A stretch of 64,000 bases of DNA from Octopus vulgaris (lineage: Eukaryota): the NCBI GenBank assembly GCA_951406725.2, contig OX597824.1, forward strand, positions 75,702,001 to 75,766,000. The letters run 5' to 3'. This document shows positions 13,788-27,765 of the stretch, piece by piece. Under the pieces are notes generated by a model. It did not search any database, was not told where the DNA came from, and saw nothing but the letters and a program-made list of their open reading frames with translations. Positions within the stretch are counted from its first letter, which is position 1; every line of letters begins with the position of its first letter. The position numbers and the translations under genes were made by a program.

Positions 13788-13951
13788 TACATATATACGA
13801 CGGGCTTCTTTCAGTTTCCGTCTACCAAATCCACTCACAAGGCTTTGGTCGGCCCGAGGCTATAGTAGAAGACACTTGCCCAAGATGCCACGCAGTGGGA
13901 CTGAACCCGGAACCATGTGGTTGGTAAACAAGCTACTTACCACACAGCCAC
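13524..13951 (-). mobile_element. SINE family C
   Basis: Near full-length antisense copy. Confidence 0.9.
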
Positions 13952-14063
13952 TATCATATATATATATATATATAGATATATGATATACAATTTATATATA
14001 TATATATATAGATATATGATATACAATTTATATATATATATATATATATCTATATGATATACA

Positions 14064-14107
<44 letters not shown>

Positions 14108-14979
14108 ATCAAATTAAAGGGGAATATGGTAAGAAACCAAAAGAGATAAGTAATATAAACTTTAGGGGTGGAAATTAGAATTGAAGGATATGGAAGGTAG
14201 AAATTTATAACTTAACAAATTCATATTAAATTGAGAAAATTTAAATCATTACAATAAGAATAGAAATTAAATTTAAAACCTAATAATGGAATACTTTAAT
14301 ATATACAAAAAACTATTAAGACTGTTCCTCTATTAAGACTGTTCCTAAGCAGAGTGTTTAGAAGATCATGGTAAAAACTTGACCAGTTTGGGCATGTAAA
14401 CACTTAATGAATACATTGCATTATTAATAAATTTGCTAAAATAGGGATTCCCATATCCAGTAAATTATATAAAAGACCTTACAAATTGTCAAAAAAAAAA
14501 TTATTTATAAATTATAAACACTAAGGAAGTATATGAAAGGATATAGAAATGTATAAAAATATCATATATGAATATTAAAAAATTATAAAACAACGTGTAA
14601 TTACAAACATAAAAAATATAATATTGCATTATACAGTGGGTTTTATGAGTTTTATGAAAAGAAATTATAAGCTGCCAAACACTTTATAAGTTACTGAAGC
14701 TACATAAATGTATAAGAGCGTATATAAATACATAAAAGTTTTATGATACAAAATATAAAAATTTTATAAAAACTTTATAAAAACCTTATAAAATATTTCT
14801 TTACAGAATGATATAAAAGGTATAACGGAGATATAAATAAGGATAGATAAAAAGGAAATAAAATAAGATAAAATGAAACTAAAATAAGGATAATAATAAC
14901 AGATCTTAGGAGGTATACGTTATACTTAGGGGAGGTGCGAGATTTAGAATCCATTGTAAAATTTATGTTATGGATTGGA

Positions 14980-15362
14980 TGGAAGCACTCCGTCGGTTAC
15001 GACGACGAGGGTTCCGGTTGATCCGAATCAACGGAACAGCCTGCTCGTGAAATTAACGTGTAAGTGACTGAGCACTCCACAGACACGTGTGCCCTTAACG
15101 TAGTTCTCGGGGATATTCAGTGTGACACAGAGAGTGACAAGGCCGGCCCTTTGAAATACAGGTACAACAGAAACAGGAAGTAAGAGTGAGAGAAAGTTGT
15201 GGTGAAAGAATACAGCAGAGATCACCACCATCCCCTGCCGGAGCCTCGTGGAGCTTTAGGTGTTTTCGCTCAATAAACACTCACAACGCCCGGTCTGGGA
15301 ATCGAAACCGCGATCCTATGACCGCGAGTCCGCTGCCCTAACCACTGGGCCATTGCGCCTCC
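14980..15362 (-). mobile_element. SINE family A, full length
   Basis: Reverse complement of 10094-10476. Confidence 0.92.
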
Positions 15363-15539
15363 ACTATACTGGCTATGAGAGAAGAGAATCCCAATACTGA
15401 AGAGGTAAATATATTTCGAGATAATAGAGGGTATTCTATGAATGATATGACATCCCGGATAACTCGTGCTACCAAATTATAGTATGTTATACTTATTATT
15501 ACCTGTTTCTAAAGCATTTAAAGGTACGGGTAATCCTAT

Positions 15540-16380
15540 GAACACATGACACTCTAAGATCTAATTTATTATCAATTAGGTTTTATTTATTTCTAAATTT
15601 GAATATTTCATATATCTCCATACAGCATAGTTCACATCCATACCGGCTATTTGTATATGGCTGAGCTACATCTTATTTAAGGCTGAATCTGACATTACTG
15701 TCTTTGAGTTATCAGATTTTCGTAGATAATGAGCTATTGCTGGCTTTATGTCTAAGTCTAAAGGACGATAAATGGTTATTCAAGCGTTTTTTCTTTACAT
15801 TTATTGAGCACCCCATGTAAATGAAGTTATTAGTTTTTGCTATTACTATACATGTATATATAATGTTACCTGCTAAACACTGACCTAATGACGGGCATTG
15901 GGATCTTTCCCTACAATTGCAACTGCCATTATTATTATTACCATTACTTACCTTAATATTAATATTCATAGCGTTGTCATTCGAGGTACTGCTCAAGTTC
16001 GTAGAAGTATTATCAAGTGTTATGTCACCATTATTCGAGTTATTATAATAGGTATTATTACTTATATTTATATTAACCCTTCTGCCTTGGATTATATCAT
16101 GTTATGCCATCAACCAGTAATGGTTGCATTTGGAATACTTGGTGTTTCATTTGCGGTTTATTGGCTCTGTTAGCTATGCTGACGAGTGGGTCATCAGCAT
16201 TATCCATGATATTATTGATTGTTACATACCTACTGTTTTTAGAACCATTATTAGAGGTTAATCCACTAATACCATTATCATTAGCACTGTCGCGGGCTAA
16301 GTTTATATTTTTTCTGTTCAAGCGGGCTATAATCGTACCCATATTTAGAAGGGTTGAATATTTCCGTTAATATTTGATAC
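15540..16380 (-). mobile_element. PLE (Naiad-type) linker plus GIY-YIG fragment
   Basis: YSTLLNMGTIIARLNRK; SCNCRERSQCPSLGQCLAGNIIYTCIV…YMGC…KRLNNHLSSF…LSTKI; a CxLC-like motif follows. Confidence 0.8.
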
Positions 16381-16789
16381 ATATATTTTTATTTTATCTT
16401 GTATCAATAATAATACCTTGTCTTAGCATTCTTTTTGATATGCCAATATAATTTGCATTACAATTTATAAAATAATCCTTATTTTATTATCATTTTATCT
16501 TATTTTATTTTATTTTATTTTAATTTATCCTTATTTGTATCTCAGTTATACCTTTTATATCATTCTGAAAAGATATAGTTTATAAGGTTTTTCGAAACTG
16601 TTCCTCTATTCAAATTAAAGTTTTGAGAGTATAGCGCGATTGATACATGATGAACGGACGCGTGTACGAGAAGCTATTAATTGTGCGATAAGTACATTTA
16701 ATTGAAACGTTTAGTAATATTGAACTCACACTGGATGGAGTACTTTTCGTATTGACTTTTACGCAGTTAATACATACATACATTCATAC

Positions 16790-16880
16790 ATCACTGTCAC
16801 TGTGACTGACCAGGCTATCGGATGTTGCTACACATCGCTGGTCACAATGCACTTCAAGATCTATGCTTTGCATTCTTCAG
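16790..16880 (-). mobile_element. 3' tail fragment of the SINE variant seen at 61357-61668
   Basis: gaccaggctatcggatgttgctacacatcgctggtcacaatgc is shared with 61377-61421. Confidence 0.7.
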
Positions 16881-17194
16881 ACCAAAGATGTTACAATTCG
16901 GTTTGATGGTATATTTCTATTCGTTGGAGTTTGTGTTGTCCCATACTAGTGTACTATACTCATTGATTTGTTGTTTTCATTTGCTGATTGGCGGCTATTT
17001 TTCTTCTTCGTCATTCGTTATTATTTGTGTCGTGGTGTTTATTTTTCTCGACTTTGTGACAGGTGTATGTTTTTAATTTGTTAATTGGATTTGACTGTTA
17101 TTCTAGCTGTGCTGCATGGTAAGTCTTTGCGTGAAGTTTTTTTTGTTGTTATTATTATAAATCGGAATATTGCTATCTTACGTTCAGTCTTCAT

Positions 17195-17585
17195 GTTCTG
17201 AGTTCAAATTCCACCATTCATCCTTTCGGGATCGATATAAGAAGTACCAGTTGAACACTGCGGTTGATGTAATCAACTTACCCCCCCCCCCAAAAAAAAT
17301 TGCTGGCCTTGTGCCAAAATTTGAAATCAGTATGATATGGAGGAATAACCGGTATTTCATAGTTGAATTATTTTGATGTGGGTGTAGTAAATGTCTGCCA
17401 AAATGATTAAAGCTATTGTTTACTTTATTGGAAGTGTGTGTTAATTTTATTATTAATCTCTTGATGGAGGCCAGCTGGCAGAATCGTTAGCAGGTCAGGA
17501 AAAATGCTTAAGTAACGTTTTACATTCTGGGTTCAAATTCCGTCAGAGTCGACTTGCCTTTTATGTTTTCTGGATCGATAAAACT
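17195..17585 (+). mobile_element. Two decayed family D (Nin-domain-like) SINE fragments
   Basis: gttctgagttcaaattcc…ttcatcctttcggg…ataagaagtaccagtt at about 17195-17330, and gctggcagaatcgttagc…gtcgacttgcc at about 17468-17585. Confidence 0.65.
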
Positions 17586-17599
17586 ATTATGAGAAAGGA

Positions 17600-18450
17600 T
17601 TATAAGTCACTGGGCCTGTTTATGTGTGTGTACGTTGTGTTCAGAATTTGGAGCTCTCTTTTTACTTTTTTTTTTGTATCCTGAACATCTGTTTTCTATC
17701 TGGATAAGTAAGTGCATTTGGATAGAATGTTTGGAATTTTGATTAAGTCTGTGTGAAAAGCTTTTTTTTTTATGATTGAAAGGTTTGGCGTGGTTTGTTT
17801 GATATTGCTTTTTTATGCTAATTCGTGGTTTTCGTTTGTTTAACTCATGGAACAAGTGTTGTTTGAATTGTGTGTGAATTTGTGTATGTGCATTTGTTTA
17901 AGTGTATGTGTTTTAGCGTTTGCATGTGTATGGGTAGTATGTTGTGTGCTGTGACTTTGGCTTCGTTTGTTTATCTTCTTTCTGGCTCAGCATGTTTAGT
18001 TATGCGCACACACGTGTGTTTCAGTAAAGACACTGTTTATGTGTCTTTGTCTATGTACAAGTGTAATATACCGTTTTCCATTTGAGTCGGCCGTTTGTGG
18101 TTAAATTCTTCTGGGTGTCCATTTTTGGCCATATATGTGGAGGGGGATGAGGCTTGGCATTTTTCTTCCGTTGATTGAAGTTCGGACTATTTTTTGAAGA
18201 TGAATTTAATTTGGTGTCTGCACCGTGAAATGAGTTCCTTTCTCCTGTTTCGAGAATATGTTTTATCTTATTATATGATATTTTTCTGTAGTGTAGGGGC
18301 CAGATTCCAGAAAAATCTGTCTATCATGGTGTGCAGTCTATTATTTCCCATTTTTATTTACAGCGTTGTTGTTTTCTTTACAAACGATACATCTAGAGGA
18401 ATCAGACCACAAGCAACCGGATTAAATTTAAAAAAACACGGTACATAACG
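17600..18450 (-). mobile_element. Old PLE (Naiad-type) C-terminus plus 3' region
   Basis: ELISRCRHQIKFIFK on the minus strand parallels EIMLRCRRDIIFK at 53220; the 17620-17870 segment is homologous to 23900-24100 (-) and 25360-25560 (+). Confidence 0.5.
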
Positions 18451-18464
18451 CTTATACATACATA

Positions 18465-18876
18465 GACGCCGGCGTGGTTATTTGGCAAAAATCTTGCTTC
18501 TCAACTACATGGTTCCGGGTTCCGTCCAACTGCGTGATACTTGGGCAAGTGTCTTCTACTATAGCCTCGATCTGATCAAAGCCCTGTGAAAGAATTCGGT
18601 AGATCGAAACTGAAAGAAGCCCATCGTATATATATTTGTATGTATTAATGTATGAATATCTTTGTGTCTGCGTTTGTCCCCCACCACCGCTTGACAACTG
18701 GTGTTGGTGTATTTACGTCCCCGTAACTTACCGGTTCAGCACAAGGGATAGATAGAATATGTACCAGGCTTTAAAAAATAAATAAGTACTGGGGTCGATT
18801 TGTCTGACTAAAATATTTACAGGCAGTGCCCCAACATAGCCGCAATCAAATGACTGATACAAATAAAGGCAAAAGA
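18465..18876 (+). mobile_element. SINE family C, older diverged copy
   Basis: Colinear with family C, with more substitutions. Confidence 0.8.
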
Positions 18877-19074
18877 AAATATTACATAAAAACAAGTATG
18901 TGAAAACATGCCTTTACCAAAACACACGCCAAAACAGAAAGAAGATAAAAAAGACAAAGAACACATACACTCACTCACACAATATACACACACACACACA
19001 CACGCACACACACAGACACACACACACATTCTCTCACAACATACAACTCCCCGTTTATCAAACCTCAAACCATA

Positions 19075-19402
19075 AATGATAACCAATGACAAAGGCAGAA
19101 AGACAACGGTCAATCAGCAAACGCAAATTACAAATCAGTGTGCAAATGCAAATATGAGACCACGTCCACACCTATGGATATAAATGTACCACCAAACCTA
19201 GTAGTAAAAGTTCTCGCCTGTGGATCGCAGTGACGTGAGACTTGGATATAAATGTACCACCAAACCTAGTTGTAAAAGTTCTCGCCTGTGGATCGCAGTG
19301 ACGTGAGACTTGTGTGTCACGAACAAACATTCTGTTACAGCAACCTATGTAGGCTGCATGTCTTGATTACTCAACTTTTATTCATTTCGCATAATTCAAC
19401 GT
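19075..19402 (+). mobile_element. LTR/pLTR-like terminal segment with an internal ~68-bp tandem duplication (19175-19310)
   Basis: Homologous to 26380-26602 (aaccaatgac…aatcagcaa…ccacaccta…gatcgcagtg…aattcaacgtt); tggatataaatgtaccaccaaacctag…gtgagact occurs twice. Confidence 0.55.
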
Positions 19403-19462
19403 TTGCACACACATATGCATGCACGCGCCCATGCACACACACAAGCGTCCATGCACACGCAT

Positions 19463-19495
<33 letters not shown>

Positions 19496-19609
19496 CATAT
19501 ATATATTTATATACACATATACATGTACTTATGCACGTATACATATTTACATATATATATTTACGTATATATATGTGTCAATATATGACTGCGTGTGCAT
19601 CTTTGGCGA

Positions 19610-19758
19610 TTTTCTTTCTCCGTCTTCCCTTCTTTGGACTTTAGCTTTTTTTTCTATATTTCTGACAAAGAGCTCCGCTCGAAACGTGAAATCCTCCTTC
19701 TTTCCTTTTCACGCCCTCGCATTGTTGTGTTTTCTCTTTGTTCATGTTTGGATTAACT
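19610..19758 (+). mobile_element. (TA)n-embedded pLTR-like repeat with a decayed minimal hammerhead (19658-19692)
   Basis: attt-CTGACAA-a-gagc-tcc-gctc-GAAA-cg-tg-aaat; antisense partial copy at 1965-2060. Confidence 0.55.
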
Positions 19759-19771
19759 ATATATATACACC

Positions 19772-19843
<72 letters not shown>

Positions 19844-20064
19844 ATGAACACCGACATATATATATACACATGTATGTATGCAGGCACGAACACATATGTT
19901 TAAGAATATATTCATTCTTGTTCCATTCCAGTTACCGATTCTCTGCGTCAACACCCATAAAATTAATACAAATTTTTCAACATGCACACAATCTGAATCT
20001 AGTCAATTGCGTGGTTTGTAATCTGCCAGCAAATCAATACTTTCGCCATTCTCCTTCCCTACCA

Positions 20065-20129
<65 letters not shown>

Positions 20130-21445
20130 CTCGGCCTCAATCTCACTCACTGTCTTTTTTTACTTTCTGACACAGACAAACGCCAAAACTTTCACACTTC
20201 ATTCATTGACCTAATACACATCTATTCAATTGTGACTACATTTCACACGCATTCTCATGCGAGCGAGCAATCAATGACCTTTTTCAATGTAAAAAAAAAA
20301 AGCAATTTTTTTTCAAATCTTTCTTATATTCCCTCACTATATACACAGTTATAGTACACTCTTTTCTCACGCTCGGCTTGGTGTTATTTATATCCTTCAG
20401 CTGAAACTCATTATTTTATCAGTCGAATACATATGTTCCTCGGTTGAGGTAACGAAGGTCATCTGTCATTTTTTTAGGATGTCTGACGACTGTATAAAGT
20501 AGAGTTGCGCGCCGTCAGTATCACTCGCTTGTCCGTACCCGTCCTCAATCCAGCAGTAAAACCAGGTCATAACGTCTGGGGATAGAGATGAATGCACCGG
20601 ATGACCTATATATCTTATTTACTTCCCCTTCCTCTCTGCATTCTACAATACTGCTGCATCCACCTTCCTCTCCGTTGAACAATGAAGGTTTCTTCCGCGG
20701 AATCTGCCGGACCTATTCTTCATGTGCATAGGTAGGCAAGCCATAACTCACCAACAGTTACATGCCCGTTGGCTGCCCTCACCTGGTTTAGCTCGTCATG
20801 CACCCCTTCTTTCGAATAAATAGTCATGAATCATCAAGATCCTCTGACTTATCCCCTGGCTCCTTTTGGGGCTCCTGGTTCCAGCTGGCTCCTTCGAGAA
20901 GAGGGTTGCAATCTAAAGAAGGATCATAAAATTAAGAATCTCTCTCTCTCTAAACTTATCTTTGTCTGTACATATATATTCCCCACCTCCCACTACCGAA
21001 AGCTGAACAGTTATCTCCCTTACCCACAACAATAACAATAATAACGATAACCAATTACCTCCCCTGATTTATTTACTTGTGAAGTCATTCACTCTTGAAT
21101 TTCATCACACATAACATGGACAAAATTTCTTCTTAAAAAATAGATATTCAAATAAGTAAAACATAATATCATGAATAGCGATAGCGAAACCGGTCGATAT
21201 ATTAAAAATTATATTAAAACTATGTAAGTGTGCGTATTTTCCTTTTTTTAAATTATATATATATATAAAGTTTATCATGCAAAAACTTTTCGACTCACCA
21301 CTTCTGCTGATATTCTATTTTTAGCATGCTTATATTTAGTGATTTGTCCGGTACAAAACTTTATCCGGTCTTGTCAAGACAAAACCTCATTGGATCTTTT
21401 CTCACATTCTGCAAAAAATAAATAAATAAATAAATAATAATAATA

Positions 21446-22196
21446 CGGCAGTAGCCCAACATGTCGTGTATGTCAACAACAAAATGAAACCATTGATCAT
21501 GTTGTCTCCAAGTGCAGTCTTCTAGCGCCTACAGAGTATCTCAACAGGCATGATAAGGCTGCACAATATATTCACTGGGTAATTTGCAAAAACCTGGATT
21601 TGCCCCATGAAAAAAACTGGTGGGAACACAAACCACCTCCAGTGCGTGAAAATGACCACATCTCACTCCTCTGGAACTTCACCATTCAAACTGACAGAAA
21701 GATAGATGCAAATAAGCCAGACATCATATTGAAAAATTTCAGACAAAAAACATGCCTCCTCATTGATATGACTGTCCCAATCGATATAAACGTATCTGTC
21801 AAGACCTACCAAAAACTGAGCAAATATAAAGATCTTAAAATAAAAATCAGCAAAGTGTAGAACCTGAAGACTAAAACAATACCTGTTGTCATAGGTGCCC
21901 TGGGAATGATAGCAAAAGGAGCTGATTGCTACCTAACTCAGATACCAGGAAACCCCAAAATGGCAGAAATTCAAAAGATAGTGCTCATGGGAACTGCTCA
22001 TATCCTACACAAAATACTTTCTATGTAATCTCAAGTTTTAAAACAAACATAACTTTCAGACATTCACTAAATGCAAAACCAAATATATGGCATCCTAGGC
22101 ATAACAACAACATGAACTTCCAACCTGTTGTCTCTTGAGGTTTCTAGGTGAGACTTGGAGCCAACTTGTACAAGTATAAAGCAAAAGTCAAACAAA
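21446..22196 (+). mobile_element. R4/Dong-type non-LTR retrotransposon 3' end (CCHC plus restriction-like endonuclease) in (TAA)n
   Basis: CRVCQQQNETIDHVVSKC…RHD…KPDIIL…LIDMTVP…KLSKYKDL…IPVVIGALG; flanked by (TAA)n on both sides. Confidence 0.88.
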
Positions 22197-22213
22197 TAAT
22201 AATAATAATAATA

Positions 22214-22284
<71 letters not shown>

Positions 22285-22286
<2 letters not shown>

Positions 22287-22830
22287 CAGGCAGCGGCTGT
22301 CATGGCTTCTGATCTTAACTGATTGAAAGTGTTATCATGTACATTGTTTGTTTTGTCTTGGTATAAAAGATGGGCTACAGCAAATATTCTGCTTAATACC
22401 ACAGAATTTGCTTGTCAGTTGCTTGACCTTAACCAGTTGACCATGTCCCTTAGTGGCTGACGATATGTGCTTCTCTGATCACGAGCAGAAGTAGTGGAGG
22501 AGCATCATAGCTATGTGCTGAGAAGAATTCTTTGAGGTTTGGATAATTCATCCTTGGAAACATGGGTGTTTCGTCCATCATCCTTAAACAAACCTTATTC
22601 AGCGACCTTTTGAGCAGGATGAGTTACTCAACCTGAGAAAATTCTAACTGGGCCCCACCTGCAAGGTCATGAGCTGTTTATCTTGATATGAGATCACAAT
22701 GTCGCGCACATATGGTTGTGATGCATGTACCTAGTGTACCCTTATCAGACGGGTAGTCATGATGGGTATACTAGGCTTCGTATATTTTACGCCAGTGTCA
22801 CTTTGATGACATGCACTGCTCTCTCACACA
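22285..22830 (+). mobile_element. Probable LINE 3' UTR ending in (AAT)n
   Basis: Unique ~545-bp block between two (TAA)n tracts, ending …gtcactttgatgacatgcactgctctctcacac-aataat; family not identifiable without a search. Confidence 0.45.
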
Positions 22831-22880
22831 ATAATTATAATAATAATATTAATAATAATAATAATAACAATAATAATAAT

Positions 22881-23398
22881 AAAGATGGTATAGGCATACG
22901 CCAGAAAAGGTCACAGAAAAAGAGAAAGCAACCATACTTTGGGATATGCCGATACGCACAGATAGAGAAATTAAGGCTAATAGGCCAGATATAGTTTTCA
23001 GAGATCATGAAGGGAAAAAATTATTTCTAATTGATGTATCAATACCAGCAGATGACAACGTTTCTCTAAAAGAAATGGAGAAACTTTCAAAATACAAAGA
23101 CCTGGAAATAGAGGTAACTCGAATGTGGAATCTAAAAACAGAAACAATTCCTATCATAGTAGGCGCATTAGGTATAACACAATAAATATTCAGACAAATA
23201 CATAACAAAAACACCAGGACTTACAAATATATATAACATACAGAAAATTGCACTACTGGGCACTGCACATATCCTACGCAAAACACTCTCAATACAGTAA
23301 CCATAAGACCATCACAACAAACCACAGCACATACCCAAGGCACACAGAGTTGTACCCGGTAGTGAAGTGAAAGCACGCTATAAAAATAAAACTACTGA
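22881..23398 (+). mobile_element. Second R4/Dong-type RLE 3' end in (TAA)n
   Basis: WYRHTPEKV…ILWDMPIRTDREIKANRPDIV…LIDVSIPADDN…EKLSKYKDL…IPIIVGALG…QKIALLGTAHILRK. Confidence 0.88.
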
Positions 23399-23407
23399 AT
23401 AATAATG

Positions 23408-23506
<99 letters not shown>

Positions 23507-23539
23507 ATAATAATAATAATAAACCTCCACACCTTTTAG

Positions 23540-24250
23540 CTATTGCAGATTTTGATTAAATTTTTTTATTTTCAATATATATCTATTTTCCTCACTTCCG
23601 ATCTTGTTTTGCCAACTTTCTTAATATCGATATTTACAACTTTTATAACATCGATTCAATGAAAGTTAATGATTTGTTTGATTGTGACTGAATTTTACAG
23701 CGAACTAACTAGGGATATTTATTTACAAGAAAGCAAGTGGTATTTCACAGTCGAGTGATTTTTGCTTTTGAGACCGCCTGTTAAACTAATTAAAGATTTT
23801 GTGAATTTCATTCAGTGAGGGCATATGTATTTTGAATTATAAATTTCTTTACGTGTGTGTGTGTGTGTTGTGGTCAACGCTTGATTTTCTCTTTGGTTTT
23901 GTTTTGCGTATTGAACATCTGGTTTTTCCATGCTTGAGAACATTTTGGCTGGAATGTTTGAAATTTTGCTTTTGTCAATATGAAGTTTTGTCAATATGAT
24001 TGAGAGGCTTGGTATGGTCTGTTGATATTGTCTGTTAAGCTAATTGAAGATTTTCGTTTAATTCATTGAAGAACAAGCATTGCTTGTATTATAAGTCTCT
24101 AGATGCGTTTGTTTGTTCGTTCGTTCGTTCGTTCGTTCGCTTGTTATTGTGTATATATGTTGTTATGAAAGTTTATTTGATAATATGTGCATGAGTGTGT
24201 GTTGTGTATGTGAATGCATGGGTTATGTGGTCAAGTTTTCTTTATCACTG
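23540..24250 (-). mobile_element. Old PLE-associated 3' region, copy 2
   Basis: Reverse complement aligns by eye with 25360-25560 and 26045-26300. Confidence 0.45.
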
Positions 24251-24272
24251 TGTGGCTCAGAATTCATCTATG

Positions 24273-24687
<415 letters not shown>

Positions 24688-24850
24688 TGGAGTGGCTGTG
24701 TGGAAGTAGCTTGCTTACCAACCACATGGATCCGGGTTCAGTCCCACTGCGTGGCACCTTGGGCAAGTGTCTTCTACTATAGCCTCGGGCCGACCAAAGC
24801 CTTGTGAGTGGATTTGATAGACGGAAACTGAAAGCCCGCTGTATATATGA

Positions 24851-24913
<63 letters not shown>

Positions 24914-25103
24914 TGTGTTTATGTTTGTCCGCCCAACATCGCTTGACAACCGATGATGGTGTGTTTACGTCCCCGTAACTTAGCGTTTGGCAAAAGTGAC
25001 CGAGGACTAGGCTTACAAAGAATAAGTCCTGGTGTCGATTTGCTCGACTAAAGGCGGTGCTCCAGCATAGCCACAGTCAAAAGACTGAAACAAGTAAAAG
25101 AGA
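24688..25103 (+). mobile_element. SINE family C
   Basis: Sense copy, head-to-head with 24273-24687. Confidence 0.88.
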
Positions 25104-25559
25104 AGCCTTGATCACAACACTCACATTCACAAACGCTACACACACACATGCTGACTTTCATACGCACACACACACACAAGCAAATGAACCTAGAAACCTA
25201 AGCTATTTTTCAAGCAACACTTGATTGTCAACAGTTTTTTTTTTTGTTTTTGTAAATATTGTTGTTAGGATAATGCACAAACACACAACCCTTACGCACA
25301 CACATTCTCATAACACTTACATATACTGACATACACTCGCACATGCAAACATATACACTTGGAAATTTGCAATTCAAACAACTCTTGTTATTTAGCGTGT
25401 TAACAAAAGCCTTTAACGGACAATAGCTTAACAGACAACACCAACAAGCCACATTAAATCATTTCGACTAAAAAGAATTCTTTAAACTAACAGTCTAGAC
25501 ATTTCAGCTAACATGCACTCAATCATACGTAAACCAGATTTTCAATACACAAAATCAGT

Positions 25560-26003
25560 TCTACTGAAGGCATATGGCCTGAAATTTAGAGAGGGGGAAG
25601 GGGACTAGTCGATTACATCGACCCAATGTTTCACTGGTACTTAATTTGTTGGCAGAAACGTTAGCACGCCGGGCGAAATACTTAGCAGTATTTCGTCTGC
25701 CGTTACGTTCTGGGTTCAAATTCCGCCGAGGTCGACTTTGCCTTTCATCCTTTCGGGGTCGATTAAATAAGTACCAGTTACGCACTGGGGTCGATATAAT
25801 CGACTTAATCCATTTGTCTGTCCTTGTTTGTCCTCTCTGTGTTTAGCCCCTTGATGGTAGTAAAGAAATAGGTACTTAATTTGTTGACCCTGAAAGGATG
25901 AAAGGCAAAGTTGACCTCGGCGAAACTTGAACTCAGAACTTAAGGACGGACGAAACGCCGCTAACCATTTCGCCCAGCGTGCTAACGATTCTGCCAGCCC
26001 GCT
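25560..26003. mobile_element. Nested family D SINEs: a sense copy (25650-25872) inside an antisense copy
   Basis: gaggtcgactttgcctttcatcctttcggggtcgattaaataagtacc (Nin/Deu-like core); ggtacttaatttgtt is duplicated at 25636 and 25871. Confidence 0.8.
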
Positions 26004-26744
26004 GACGCGCGCGCATGCACATGCGCTTGTACACAAGCACGCACAGAAGCTTACAATTCGAAATACATATGTTCCTTATGAAATAAATAAAATCATTAAT
26101 TAGTTTAACAGACTTTCAAAGGCAAAAGCTACTCAACTATGAAATACCACTTACTCTTCTTTAAATAAATGCCCCTAGTTAGTTTTATTGTGAAATTCAG
26201 TCACAATCTTAAATAAATCATTAAGATTCTTTAAAACAACAATATTTACAAACACACAAAAGAAACTTGACCAAGACAGGTACCAAAATAATCAGTGAAC
26301 TTGGTAAACAGACAAATCCAAATAACCAAAGTATCACCATCTATCGAACAAAAAGAGCACTACCACGTCACGGATAATAACCAATGACGGATCAGAAAAA
26401 TTTCAGCTAATCAGCAAGCGCACTTATGCAACCACAACCACACCTACAAATATAGATATACCATCAACTTTAGCCGTAACAATTCACGCCTATGATCGCA
26501 GTGGCATGAAACGTAAGTGATAGGACAAACTTTCAATAAACTATATACGCTGCTGCATCAGTGAATACTCCTATCTTGTTCGTCTAACACAATTCAACGT
26601 TGGTATGTATATGCACACACCCTGTGTGGATGTGTGTGTGTGCATGTGTATGTGTGTGTGCGTGTGTGTGTATGAGTGTGTGTGTGCATATATATGTCCG
26701 TATATGTATATACAAACATGCATGTATGTGTATGTGTGTATATG

Positions 26745-26915
26745 TTTGTGTCTGTGTTTGTCACCCCACCCCAGCTTAGCGGTTCGGCAAAAGAAACCAA
26801 TAGAATAAATATTGGGCTTACAAAGAAGAAGTCCGGGGATCGATTTGCTTGATTAAAGGCGGTGCTCCAACATGGCCGCAGTCAGATGACTGAAACAAGT
26901 AAAAGAGAGCAAAAG
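26745..26915 (+). mobile_element. SINE family C 3' fragment
   Basis: cttagcggttcggcaaaag…gactgaaacaagtaaaagag. Confidence 0.8.
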
Positions 26916-27182
26916 ATTATACATTTCAGTTTCATTCCGGTTACTGATTCACTGTCTCAACAACCATAAAATGACTAATATTTTTCCCACAAATATTTTT
27001 TGATGTACAAAATCAAAATCTTGTCAATTGTATTATTCGACATCTACTGGTAAACCACTGCAATTACTCTCACAATTCTTTCCTTTTCCCACTGGTTCTT
27101 TTACATATCCATTCACACATACACATACACCGAACTTTCACACCTGCCTTCATTGACTTCGGATCAGTCCCGTTCAATTATA

Positions 27183-27765
27183 ATTCTTTTCTACTCTAGG
27201 CATAACGCCTGAAATTTTGGGGGAGGGTGAAAATCGATTAGATCGACCCCAAAACACAATTGGTACTTAATTTCTCGACCCCGAAAGGATGAAAGGCAAA
27301 GTCGACCACGGCGGAATTTGAACTCAGAACTTAGCGGCAGACGAAATACCTATTTCTTTACTACCCACAACGGGCTAAACAAAGAAGGGACAAACAAAGA
27401 CAGACAAACGGATTAAGTCGATTCCATCGACCCCAATGCGTGACTGGTACTTAATTTATCGACCCCGAAAGGATGAAAGTCAAAGTCGACCTCGGCGGAA
27501 TTTGAACTCAGAACGTAACGGCAGACGAAATACCTATTTCTTTATTACCCACAAGGGGCTAAACATAGAGAGGACAAACAAGGACAGACATAGGTATTAA
27601 GTCGATTACATCGACCCCAGTGTGTAACTGGTACTTAATTTATCGACCCCGAAATGATGAAAGGCAAAGTCGACCTCGGCGGAATTTGAACTCAGAACGT
27701 AACGGCGGACGAAATACCGCTTAGCATTTTGCCCGGCGTGCTAACGTTTCTGCCAGCTCACCGCC
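27183..27765 (-). mobile_element. Family D SINE trimer (Nin-domain-like)
   Basis: One head plus three reiterations of the core gaccccgaaaggatgaaaggcaaagtcgacctcggcggaatttgaactcagaacg. Confidence 0.88.

Noticed and set aside
15712-15714. In-frame TGA in a Naiad-type ORF as a possible selenocysteine codon
   Set aside because: It falls at the conserved Trp of the IWxLK motif (TGG to TGA decay); the CxC/CP/CL positions are ordinary Cys and other stops follow
20450-21050. Higher-GC block, possible exon or LINE 5' UTR
   Set aside because: No recognisable ORF or convincing splice structure; cannot be assigned without a search
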